This document shows, in pieces, positions 12,886-23,906 of a DNA stretch of 64,000 nucleotides. This DNA comes from Macrostomum lignano. Taxonomy: Eukaryota. The translations under genes were made by a program, and so were the position numbers. Location of the stretch: contig NIVC01000352.1 of the NCBI GenBank assembly GCA_002269645.1, forward strand, positions 62,001-126,000, read 5' to 3'. How positions within the stretch are numbered: position 1 is the first letter of the stretch; every line of letters starts with the position of its first letter. The notes beneath the pieces were generated by a model. That model saw nothing but the letters and a program-made list of their open reading frames with translations, ran no database searches and was not told the origin of the DNA.

Positions 12886-13341
12886 GCAACTTCAAAACCG
12901 GCGCCATCAGTCTCAGCTAGCGGCACCGGCATCAGCGTGTCGGAGCCGTCTCGCGACTACAAGATTAGCCTGCATTACGCTGTAGACAAGCTGTGCGACT
13001 CCGTAGCCACCCAGCAGCAGTGCAAATTCTCTCCAGAAGTTGTAGCGGCCATAGCCGAGTCTGTGCACCGCCTTGCGCAGACCTATTCCTTAGATTTAGA
13101 ATCCTTTGCTAGGCACGCCAAGCGGAGCACAGTTGGCATTGACGATGTCAGACTGTGCGCTAGGCGTAATCCTCAGCTATTGCGCCACTTGCTGACGCTT
13201 GGAGGCGGCGGCGGCGGCGGTCGACGCAAGAAAAGCCGAGATAACGGCGGCGGGGATTCAGCGGGAGGGACAGGACCGATGGTGCTTGACGAGGGCACGG
13301 CCGATTCTGCAGTTTCCGCTGCAGAGGCTGCCAGCTGTTAG
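12886..13341 (+). CDS. CENPS: Centromere protein S / MHF1 histone-fold protein; no in-frame ATG before the histone fold
   Basis: KISLHYAVDKLC...FSPEVVAAIAE...DLESFARHAKRSTVGIDDVRLCARRN is typical CENP-S; acceptor atttttacAG at 12884-12885, frame open from 12886; in-frame TAG at 12859-12861. Confidence 0.93.
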   Translation, partial: ATSKPAPSVSASGTGISVSEPSRDYKISLHYAVDKLCDSVATQQQCKFSPEVVAAIAESVHRLAQTYSLDLESFARHAKRSTVGIDDVRLCARRNPQLLRHLLTLGGGGGGGRRKKSRDNGGGDSAGGTGPMVLDEGTADSAVSAAEAASC

Positions 13342-13574
13342 TAGGGCTCTGTTGCTATGACAATGTTGCATTTCGATTCTGACTATGCATGTACTTATAT
13401 TCTTGTATTTACAGTAAGGCTTTCCTTGTAATCGACTTTTTAAAATATTTATTATTATAAAGATAAGTAACTTATGTTACAATATTTCTAAATTGTTTTG
13501 TCTTACTTTTTTTCAACTGCCAGCTTTGTAGGATAAACTGATTAGAAATTTATTGAACTTCTTTCTTAGCTATG

Positions 13575-13994
13575 CCCTCTAGTAACTACTAGATAGGCCA
13601 CTCAGCACATTTGCGTGCAACTACTTTCAGTTCAGTAGCTAGTTAAACAGAAGCATTTTAATGTATTTTTTAAACCCCTACAGCTTAAACCCTCCAACCG
13701 CGCCTTTCCACACTACCCCCTCGCCCCGCCCCAATTTTTATTGCCTTTCTCGGAATTCCAGCCTAAAGCTGCCATGTACATTTCAGTAGACTGGCTAATG
13801 TACATTATTGCTGAACCAATTAGCAAGTTATTTACGCCTGCAAGCTTGAGCTTCTAAACTTATCAAGGTCGTTTCAGCTGGCTTTATTTTATAAAATAGC
13901 TTATGTATTCTTCTTTGCTACTGAACTGAAAGTAGAAAGCTGATTTACTAAGTATTTATGCCTGAGTGGCCCATTTAGGTTATTTTAGTATGTG
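13575..13994 (+). mobile_element. MITE family A copy 1 (about 430 bp, TIR CACAGATACTAGAATAACTAGATGGGCCACTCAG)
   Basis: tagataggccactcag at 13590 and ctgagtggcccatttag at 13962; body shared with copies at 14.0, 34.5, 37.3 and 38.7 kb. Confidence 0.85.
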
Positions 13995-14004
13995 ACTATG
14001 CCCA

Positions 14005-14448
14005 ACCTATTATTTAACGGGTCAACTTAGGCATATATTATTAGAAAAACAGATTTCTACTTCCAGTTCAGTAGCAAGGAAAAAAACAAGCTATTTTATA
14101 AAAACCAACTTTATCAAGCAGCTGAAATGACTTTGCTAAGTTTAGAAGCCAAAGCTTGCAGACGTAAACAACTTGCTTATTGGTTCAGTCATAAAGTACA
14201 TTGGCCAACGCCACTAAAAGTAAAACGTACAGGGAATATTTTACCAAAAAGGGCAATAAAATTGGGCGGGTGTAGAGGTTTGGTGTGGAAAGACGCGGTT
14301 AAGGATTTATAAGCTAAGGTAAGAACTAACAAATGAGCCTTGTCCATAAAAGTACATTAAAAATGCTTCTGATTGACTTACTACTGAACTGGAAGTAGTT
14401 TACACGCAAATGTGCTGAGTAGCCCATCTAGTTATTCTACTATCTGTG
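14005..14448 (-). mobile_element. MITE family A copy 2, inverted and directly adjacent to copy 1
   Basis: Reverse complement of the copy 1 body; ends gctgagtagcccatctagttattctactatctgtg. Confidence 0.82.
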
Positions 14449-14908
14449 TACTATCGAATGTCGCGTGCTGTGCTGCAGATGCGTGAGGCACACAGCTTTG
14501 TGATATATTATATTCAAAGGCCTAGTTAGTAGGCAGCATTCCTCCTTGCCTTGACAATACTAATTCAATTTCCCTGCCTCCTAATCTGCTTACTCCTTAT
14601 TTGAGTTTTCTATCAATTGCATAGTGCCCAGTGCGAGTATATAACAAGGTACTAGTACAATAGTTAGCAGGTAATTAGTAGCTAGTAGATGCAGGAATTT
14701 GACTGGTTCTTGTCTTCTTCTCTCCTCTAAAACCCCTGAAATTATTGTCGGGCTCTTATTTGCATCGACTTGTGAGCTCCGACTAGAGAAAAAGATTTAG
14801 AGAAAAAAGACTACTTGTTTGTAGTAGTCGCTGGATAAAAATTGTTACTTCAAACCCAAACGTTGCAGCTCATATAAATCCAACAACTCAGCCTTAGATT
14901 AACCAAGT

Positions 14909-17900
14909 ATGTCGGATTTCGATAAAGCCGCCGCTGCAGCAATGCAGCAAACTTCTTCGTCTTCTTTCGGCGTTGGCGACGATATCGCTGTTGGCGACGG
15001 AGCGTCCGCGTCCGCGGCGGCCCCCACCCCGCCAGTTGAGCAGTACACGGCTGAGGAGAGGCAGATGGCCCAGCGCGCCGCTGAGCACTTTCAGCAGGGG
15101 AATCTGGAGGACTGCTTGCAGCTGGTTTGTTCGATAAACTATTTTAATAAATTTGGGGGGCATTTTGGAGGTTCAGGTGACAGCTGTGACCCACTGAAAG
15201 ATCAGGTGATAGCTGTGACCCATTGAAAGATCAGGTGATAGCTGTGACCCACTGAAAGATCAGGTGATAGCTGTGACCCACTGAGAGATCAGGTGACAGC
15301 TGTGACCCACTGAAAGATCAGGTGATAGCTGTGACCCATTGAAAGATCAGGTGATAGCTGTGACCCACTGAAAGATCAGGTGATAGCTGTGACCCATTGA
15401 AAGATCAGGTGATAGCTGTGACCCACTGAAAGATCAGGTGATAGCTGTGACCCATTGAAAGATCAGGTGATAGCTGTGACCCACTGAGAGATCAGGTGAT
15501 AGCTGTGACCCATTGAAAGATCAGGTGATAGCTGTGACCCACTGAGAGATCAGGTGATAGCTGTGACCCATTGAAAGATCAGGTGATAGCTGTGACCCAT
15601 TGAAAGATCAGGTGATAGCTGTGACCCACTGAGAGATCAGGTGATAGCTGTGACCCATTGAAAGATCAGGTGATAGCTGTGACCCATTGAAAGATCAGGT
15701 GATAGCTGTAAATTAATGTGACTGCACTTGGAATCGAGCCTGGGTCGCTGGCACACCAGAGCAGCTGCATTACCGCTGGGCTACGGCCCCCCTGAGATCA
15801 GGTGCTAGCTGTAACGCACTGATAGATCAGGTGCTAGCTGTGACCCACTGAGAGATTAGGTGCTAGCTGTGACCCACTGAGAGATAAGGTGCTAGCTGTG
15901 ACCCACTGAGAGATTAGGTGCTAGCTGTGACCCACTGAGAGATTAGGTTCTAGCTGTGACCCACTGAGAGATTAGGTGCTAGCTGTGACCCACTGAGAGA
16001 TTAGGTGCTAGCTGTGACCCACTGAGAGATTAGGTTCTAGCTGTGACCCACTGAGAGATTAGGTTCTAGCTGTGACCCACTGAGAGATCAGGTGCTAGCT
16101 GTGACCCACTGAGAGATAAGGTGATAGCTGTGACCCACTGAAATTAGGTGCCAGCTGTGACCCATTGTACGATCAGGTGACAGCTGTGACCCACTGAGAG
16201 ATCAGGTGACAGCTGTGACCCAGTGCAATGAAAGCCACAGTCAGCTAATCAGAGACCAACCAAACCTGAACAGGTGAAGCAGCTGTGCAGCGCCCATCCA
16301 GCAGACTGGGCTGCCCAGCAGAACCGCGCCGTTGCCGATTACGTGCGCTCGGCTTATTTTCGAACCGAAGAATTCCGTCAAACGCTGTTTAACGTGGCAT
16401 CGACGGCCAAATTTTCAATCGATGCTTGCGACCAGATTGAAGAGCCAGACAGTGCCGTACTGTTCTATAATCTGGCCCTGTTGAACTTCTACCAGCGGCA
16501 GCATCTGGAAGCCAGGCGGATTCTAAAGGTAGTTGTTTTGTTTCACATTAGAATTCTGCCTTCCTTAAATTCTGAATTATTAAAGAGACTAGCCTAACAA
16601 ACTAGAAATTTGTCCCATGACTTAATTCAAAAATTACGCTGAAGCCAGTCAGAAGAATCGCCCCCAAACCACCCGGAAGAATCGCCCCAAACCACCCGGA
16701 AGAATCGCCCCCAAAACGCCTGGAAGAATCGCCCCCCAAAACGTTTGTAAGAATCGTCCCAAACCACCCGGAAGAATCGCCCCCAAACCACCCGGGAGAA
16801 TCGCCCCAAACCACCCGGAAGAATTGCCCCCAAACCACCCGGGAGAATCGCCCGAAACCACCCGGAAGAATCGCCCCCAAAACACCTGTAAGAATCGCCC
16901 AAACCACCCGAGAGAATCGCCCCAAACCACCCGGAAGAATCGCCTCCAAAACGCCTGGAAGAATCGCCCCCAAAACGTTTGTAAGAATCGCCCCAAACCA
17001 CCCGGTAGAATCGCCCCCAAACCACCCGGAAGAATCGCCCCCAAAACGCCGGGAAGAATCGCCCCAAGCCACCCGGAAGAATCGCCCCAAACCACCCGGA
17101 AGAATCGCCCCAAACCACCAAGAAGAATCGCCACCAAAACGCCTGTAAGAATCGCCCCAAACCACCCGGAAGAATCGCCCCCAAACCACCCGGAAGAATC
17201 GCCCCAAACCACCCGGGAGAATCGCCCCCAAAACGCCGAGAAGAATCGCCCCAAACCACCCGGAAGAATCGGCCCCAAAACGTTTGTAAGAATTGCCCCA
17301 AACCACCCGGTAAAATCGCCCCAAACCACCCGGGAGAATCGCCCCAAACCACCTGGAAGAATCGCCCCCAAAACGCCGGGAAGAATCGCCCCAAACCATC
17401 CGGAAGAATAGCCCCAAACCACCCGGACGAATCGCCCCAAACCACCTGGACGAATTGCCCTAAACCACCCTGAAGAATCGTCCCAAACCACCCTGAAGAA
17501 TCGCCCCAAACCACCCGGAAGAATCGCCCCAAACCACCTGGACGAATCGCCCCAAACCACCCGGACGAATCGCCCCAAACCACCCGGAAGAATCGCCCCA
17601 AACCACCTGGACGAATCGCCCCAAACCACCAGGAAGAATCGCCCCAAACCACCCGGACGAATCGCCCCAAACCACCCGGAAGAATCGCCCCAAACCACCC
17701 GGAAGAATCGCCCCAAACCACCAGGAAGAATCGCCCCAAACCAACCGGAAGAATCGCCCCAAACCACCCGGAAGAATCGCCCCAAACCACCCGAAAGAAT
17801 CGCCCCAAACCACCCGGAAGAATCGCCCCAAACCACCTGGACGAATCGCCCCAAACCACCCTGAAGAATCGCCCCAAACCACCCGGAAGAATCGCCCCAA

Positions 17901-20900
17901 ACCACCTGGACGAATCGCCCCAAACCACCAGGAAGAATCGCCCCAAACCACCCGGACGAATCGCCCCAAACCACCCGGAAGAATCGCCCCAAACCACCCG
18001 GAAGAATCGCCCCAAACCACCAGGAAGAATCGCCCCAAACCACCCGGAAGAATCGCCCCAAACCACCCGGAAGAATCGCCCCAAACCACCCGGAAGAATC
18101 GCCCCAAACCACCCGGAAGAATCGCCCCAAACCACCCGGAAGAATCGCCCCAAACCACCCGGAAGAATCGCCCCCAAACCACCAGGAAGAATCGCCCAAA
18201 ACCACCCGGGAGAATCGCCCCCAAACCACCAGGAAGAATCGCCCCAAACCACCCGGAAGAATCGCCCCAAACCACCCGGAAGAATCGCCCCCAAAACGTT
18301 TGTAAGAATCGCCCCAAACCACCCGGACGAATGGCCGCCAGAGACCGCTCCCTAGACAGCCCATTTCCTTCATCCACCCAAACTTCATTGGCTCACTCCC
18401 AGGCGATGCTGCCGCTGTCCGAACTGCTGGAGCCGGCCTTCTACAGGGCGCTAGTCATGCTGCTACTTGACACTTTTCTGAAGCTCCAATGCCCGGAGGA
18501 TGCCATCCAGCTCCTAGCGGACGGCGAGAAAGTCGTCAGCCAGGCCGACGAAACCGATTCCGCTCTGTCGGCGTCCGCCGTTGAATCCGACGGTGGAGAC
18601 CCCGGCAGAGGCAGAGGGGCAGGCGGTTTGGAGAGAGCCAAGTCGGACCTGTGTCTGATCCGCATAGCCGCCCTGCTAATGCGCCGGGATCTGGGCTCCG
18701 CTAAGCAGCTAATTAAAGCTAATCGGCAACATCCGTCAGCTGATTTCACTCGTACTCTTCAGTTCCACCGGGCCCATTTAGCCTATCTAGCTGGAAATTT
18801 GCGCAAAGCGTTGCGCCTGATGCACGACATACCTGGGACGCCGCGTAGTCCAACAGACACGGGCGAATGCGAGGCGGTAATGCAGTGGAACAATTTAGCC
18901 TGCGTTCACTTTCACCTTGGCAAGCACAATCTGGGCGCTTTCTATCTGAAACGGGCTATTAAAGAGAATGAGAAAGCCTGCTCAGATTACCAAGCTAAGA
19001 AAGCTAATGGCAAGGGTAGCCACGTGTTGCACCATCAGATACCGCTGCGAGCCTATTCTATTAGCAGGCACTACGAACTGTTGCACAATCTGGGTTTGGA
19101 GCTGCTATTCAGGTGAGCATTTGCCTGTGTGTGCCTGTGCTCAGGGGTAAAAAAAATGAGGTGTGACTGTTTCCTTCCTGGCTTCTGCGGGTTGATTTAA
19201 CTATTCATTATTCCTAATAATTAAAGTTGTACTATACTAATTAAAACCAAGGAATTTGTGTCTCTAAAGTACGATATTAGTCTCCCATAATCAGGAGATT
19301 AGTGTCCCTGAGGTATGAGATTAGTCTCCCATAATCAGGAGATTAGTGTCTAAGGTATGAGATTAGTCTCCCATAATCAGTGGGTTAGTGTCCTTGAGGT
19401 ATGGGAGTAGTGTCTTATAATCAGGAGATTAGTGTCTCTGAGGTATGAGATTAGTCTCCCATAATCAAGAAATTAGTGTCTAAGGTATGAGATTAGTCTC
19501 CCATAATCAAGAAATTAGTGTCTAAGGTATGAGATTAGTCTCTTATAATCAGGAGATTAGTGTCTCGTCTGATGTATAAGGTTAGCCTCCCATACTCGGG
19601 GGGGGGGGTTATTGAAAGGCCCTATAAAGTACAGAGAAACCTACAATTTTTTCGAACCTACAGCGGCAAGCCGGTGCAAGCGTTTGACTACCTGCTCGAA
19701 GTAATTAACGTCTATCCGCGCAATCCCCGCCTGTGGCTCCGCCTAGCCGAGTGCTCCATCAAGTATCAGCGGCTTAGCAACAGCGCCGATCGCGAATTTC
19801 GCATCCGCCAACGAGCCGTCAAAGGCGTTGTCGGTTCCGGCCGGCACCGCAAGCTGCTGCTTGGCACCGGGGTGCAGGAAATAAAAAAGCCGTGGGAAGA
19901 GTCCGCGGCCATGCCCACTCCTACATTGGAATTCGCTTCCCTGTGCGTTAGAAATGCTTTGCTATTGCTGCCGCAGGAGCCGCCGTTTCCGCATGGCGAT
20001 ACCGACTATCACGGTCACGTGTTGCGCTGGGCCGAGACCCTCTGCTTGCCGCTTAGTCCGGCCGGATTCCTTCGCGGAGTTCAATTGATCCAATTCCGCG
20101 CCTCCGTGCTCACCTCGGCGGCTTATATCGCCCTGTGCCTGTGCGATCATCTGCAGGCCCTGCGCTACTGCAACCAGCTGCTGAGTCAGCCTGCACTGTC
20201 TGACTGTCAACTCTATCTGGGCAAAATGTACTTGGCCGAGGCTAAAGTCAACTTGCAGGTGAGTGTCATTCATTGGCTTGGGAGTTTAAAGGTGGAAGAT
20301 GGAGACGCTAATAAATTAGCTCTCAGCGTGAGATTTCTCCGCATCTCACGTGAGATTCCTCCGCATCTCAGCGTGAAATTCCTCCGCATCTCAGCCTCGG
20401 ACTCCTCTGCATCTCAGTGTGAGATTCCTCCTCATCTCAGCGGGAGATTCTTCCGCATCTCAACGTGAGATTCCTCCGCATCTCAGCGTGAAATTCCTCC
20501 GCATCTCAGCCTCGGATTCCTCTGCATCTCAGTGTGAGATTCCTCCTCATCTCAGCGTGAGATTCTTCCGCATCTCAACGTGAGATTCCTCCGCATCTCA
20601 GCGTGAAATTCCTCCGCATCTCAGCCTCGGATTCCTCTGCATCTCAGTGTGAGATTCCTCCTCATCTCAGCGTGAGATTCCTCCTCATCTCAGCGTGAGA
20701 TTCTTCCGCATCTCAACGTGAGATTCTTCCGCATCTCAGCGTGAGATTCCTCCTCAGCTCAGCGTGAGATTCCTCCGCATCTCAGCGTGGGATTCCCCCA
20801 TCTTACTCGTGAGATTTCTGCACATTTCAGCTTGAGATTCCTCCAACTTACTCATGAGATTTCTCCGCATCCCAGCGTGAGATTCCTCTATCTTACTCAT

Positions 20901-21538
20901 GAGATTTCTCTATCTTACTCACAAGATTTTCCCGCATCCCTGTGGGAGTTTTTCGAATCTTCCAAAGGGATTTCTCCCGTCTCATCTTACTGTAAGACAG
21001 CTTAAATTCGTACCACCAAACCGCCCAGGTGCCGGAGCACATCTCCAAGGACTATCTAAACGACGCTGTTCAGCTATTGAACCCGGCCTCTGTCACTCGA
21101 GTCGACGTTCTGCCCGCACAGCCGCCTCGCCCGGACGACTGGCCGAAGCGCAAAGAGTCTCCGGCGCCGTCCGTCAGCCAATGGACGCCCGACAACGTGC
21201 TGGAGGCGCAGAACATTATGAAGTACAACTTGTCCGTTGTTTACGCTATCAAAGGCGACTTCGATTTGGCTAGGCAGCACCTGCAGGATGTTGTGTACAA
21301 TCCCAAAGGCCAGGGCATGTCGCCGCCATTCCCGGCCCATTTCTACTTTTTTAAGCTCTACTTGGACCTGATGCAGGGCAGGCGCAGTTTTGCCCAACTG
21401 CTATTAAAAGAAACCTTCGGTCATCTGACGCCTAATCCGCCTAATTGGCGCTCTAAGCCGGCCGCCGCCGCCCCCGCTGTGGCGCCGCCGGATGCCTCCG
21501 CTGTGCAGCCGCCACAGGGAGCTCTGCCGCAGCAATAA
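14909..21538 (+). CDS. CNOT10: CCR4-NOT complex subunit 10 (TPR), 5 exons, about 761 aa
   Basis: Exons 14909-15124, 16274-16528, 18403-19112, 19664-20258, 21029-21538 with GT/AG and consistent phases (0,0,2,0); motifs NRAVADY, WNNLACVHFHLGKHNLGAFYL, YELLHNLGLELL, NPRLWLRLAECSI, VVGSGRHRKLLL, GKMYLAEA. Confidence 0.92.
15172..16222. repeat. 29-bp minisatellite (GACCCACTGAAAGATCAGGTGATAGCTGT) filling CNOT10 intron 1
   Basis: Tandem units; interrupted at about 15715-15792. Confidence 0.95.
15718..15792 (-). mobile_element. tRNA-derived SINE head or tRNA pseudogene inserted in the minisatellite
   Basis: Minus strand GGGGCCGTAGCCCAGCGGTAATG...CAGGCTCGATTCCAAG with A-box (TAGCCCAGCGG) and B-box-like (GGCTCGATTCC) motifs. 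Confidence 0.6.
16655..18328. repeat. 23-24-bp minisatellite (GAATCGCCCCAAACCACCCGGAA), about 70 copies, CNOT10 intron 2
   Basis: Tandem units; explains the long repetitive minus-strand ORFs 16602-18388. Confidence 0.97.
19275..19565. repeat. About 42-44-bp composite minisatellite (GATTAGTCTCCCATAATCAGGA/GATTAGTGTCTAAGGTATGA), CNOT10 intron 3
   Basis: Tandem units built from two related half-units. Confidence 0.9.
20323..20900. repeat. 23-bp minisatellite (CAGCGTGAGATTCCTCCGCATCT) with 115-bp 5-mer higher-order repeat, CNOT10 intron 4
   Basis: Variant cagcgtgaaa recurs at 20369, 20484 and 20599 (period 115 = 5 x 23). Confidence 0.93.
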
Positions 21539-22011
21539 GCTGTCTTCTACTAGAAGCTCTTTATTGCTTCTTTAGCAAATCAGTGAGAATTAACACAACC
21601 ATCCCCGTCCGTAATGCAGAATTGAGTAATTTTAATGAATTTCAATAATCCTTCAGAGATTTATAAAAAAAACACCAGTTGTCTCTAATAGTATTTATGT
21701 ATAATCATTTTGTAGCTTGTTTTTTTCAAAATAAAAATTATTTTGTTTAGACTACTACTATCAGTAGAGGTGAAAAAATTTCTTATTGGCCTTCAATAGC
21801 ATACAGTTTTATAGATCAATCGCTAATCGTTTATTGTTTTAAAGATATAAAATTTATAATAAGCTTTTTTCAAAAATATCATCTTAACTCAGTCATAAAC
21901 GCAGATACAAGATTGTGTCACTCGCAAGTAAGGTTATGAAAAAGCAGAGCGTCTACTCTTTTTCGGTAGTTTGTCTGCGCAGTGTCGCCTAAACTTAATT
22001 TAGCAGAGACA

Positions 22012-22322
22012 GACGAAACTCCGCCTAGGGGACAGGCCCCAATCTAGCTCATCCAGTGAGAGAGCAGTAAGGAGAGAGATCAAAGTCAAGAGGACGAAAC
22101 TCTGTCTAGGGAGCAGGCCCGATCTAGCTCAGCCAATGAGAGAGCAGTAAGGAGAGAGATCAAAGTCAAGAGGACGAAACTCTGTCTAGGGAGCAGGCCC
22201 AATCTAGCTCAGCCAATGAGAGAGCAGCAAGGAGAGAGGTCAAAGTCAAGAGGACGAAACTCTGTCTAGGCCCAATCTAGCTCAGCCAATGAGAGAGCAC
22301 TTAAGGAGAGAGGTCAAAGTCA
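22012..22322. repeat. About 79-bp tandem repeat, about 4 copies
   Basis: aggacgaaactctgtctaggg...gagagagatcaaagtcaag starts at 22091, 22170 and about 22250. Confidence 0.9.
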
Positions 22323-23410
22323 GACACAAGCGGTCAAGAGGAAAGCCGGCCTGGCTTTCTTGACCTGGCTGGGGACTTGGGCGCCACCCCTTTTCTCTTG
22401 CTCGCTACGCACACGTACTTAATTTGGGGTGCAGCTTCAAACAGAGTAAAGATGCTAATTTGATGGGTCTGCTTGAAGAAAGCCTTAAAGAAGCATTTTC
22501 ATGTATTTATCAGCAAAGATGAAACTTAGTAAGTAAATAAATATTCGCGAAAGATTAGGCAGTGACACATTGAAAAGAGCGTTTTATATTTTGTTTTTTC
22601 TTACTCTCTCGTACCCTTTCTTAGTCTTCGCAAAGTTTCCCTTAGTCACGTTATTGGTCGTCGTGTTTGCTTTCCCAGAATTCTTGTCCAGTTACTATCC
22701 CATTGGCAAGGGTCCTGGTGACCTATTTTTATTTTATTTTCTGTTTCTCTGTCATGACACTAACACACACATTATTAAGATAAGCATTAGCTTTAGTAGA
22801 CTATCAAAATTTCCCCCCTAATTTTAACTACTGAATGTGCTCATCTATAAATACGTATATATGCCGACTACGTACCAAATTCCATACCATATTCGCTTTA
22901 TCAACCTCTGTCCCACTCTCTGAACTGTTCACCTTATCTCCCTTTGCCGATCCAAATTTGCAATTGATCGGGCATTTCTTTTGCTTTGATACGCAGCTCT
23001 GGATTGGAATTTCCTCTGTTGCTGTGTTGTATCAATTTGTGTTGTATTTTTTCTGCTGTTACCGCTTCTTAATGTATTTATTTTGTGTACTTGACTGATT
23101 TCATCGCCCTAAAGGTTTTGCATAGTGTCGCAAACTTTATAATTAACTTAATAAGTGGATGCCGCAATGTGCGTTTTTTATATCTACATCGCTAGTTGTT
23201 ATCATTTCTATATGTAGTATTTAATATTATAATTTTTAACTAGTGCTTGTGTATTCCTGTGGTGCACCCGGTATAAAAAATGCATTAACAAAATTAAATA
23301 TCGTTGGTAAATCGTCTTTCTTATGTTTATTATTATTGACTATCGATATGTAAAAAATCGATTTTAGTAAGGTTCTACAATTGGATGCCAAACATTTTTA
23401 ACTGCCGACA

Positions 23411-23822
23411 CCCCACCCCAGCCAACCCCAACCCCAGCCAACCCTAACCCCACCCCAGCCAACCCCAACCCCAGCCAACCCTAACCCCACCCCAGCCAAC
23501 CCCAACCCCAGCCAACCCTAACCCCACCCCAGCCAACCCCAACCCCAGCCAACCCTCACCCCAGCCAACCATAACCCCACCCAAGCCAACCCCAACCCCA
23601 GCCAACCCCAGCCAACCCCAACCCCAGCCAACCCTCACCCCAGCCAACCCTAACCCCACCCCAGCCAACCCTAACCCCACCTCAGCCAACCCCAACCCCA
23701 GCTAACCCTAACCCCAGCCAACGCTAACTCCACCCAACCGCAGCCAACGCTAACTCCACCCAACCGCAGCCAACCCTAACCCTAACCCCAGCCAACCCTA
23801 ACAACACCCCAGCCAACCCTAA
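23411..23822. repeat. C-rich telomere-like variant repeat (CCCCAGCCAA/CCCTAA/CCCCAA)
   Basis: Mixed short units including CCCTAA; G-rich on minus strand; ends just upstream of the first photolyase coding exon. Confidence 0.9.
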
Positions 23823-23906
23823 CTAAGCTATACTTTTTTGCCTTCTCGTAGAAGTAAGATTTTCCTATGTTTCCTTTTCTGTCAATCCAAATTCAAACTG
23901 GAGCAG

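Noticed and set aside
16602-18388. 270-580 aa minus-strand ORFs (GAILPGGLGRFFRVVW repeats)
   Set aside because: Stop-free frames of the 23-bp array inside CNOT10 intron 2.
22012-22322. 79-bp tandem repeat as a hammerhead/retrozyme array (gtc-aagag-gac-GAAAC)
   Set aside because: The CUGANGA core is absent before the putative stem II.
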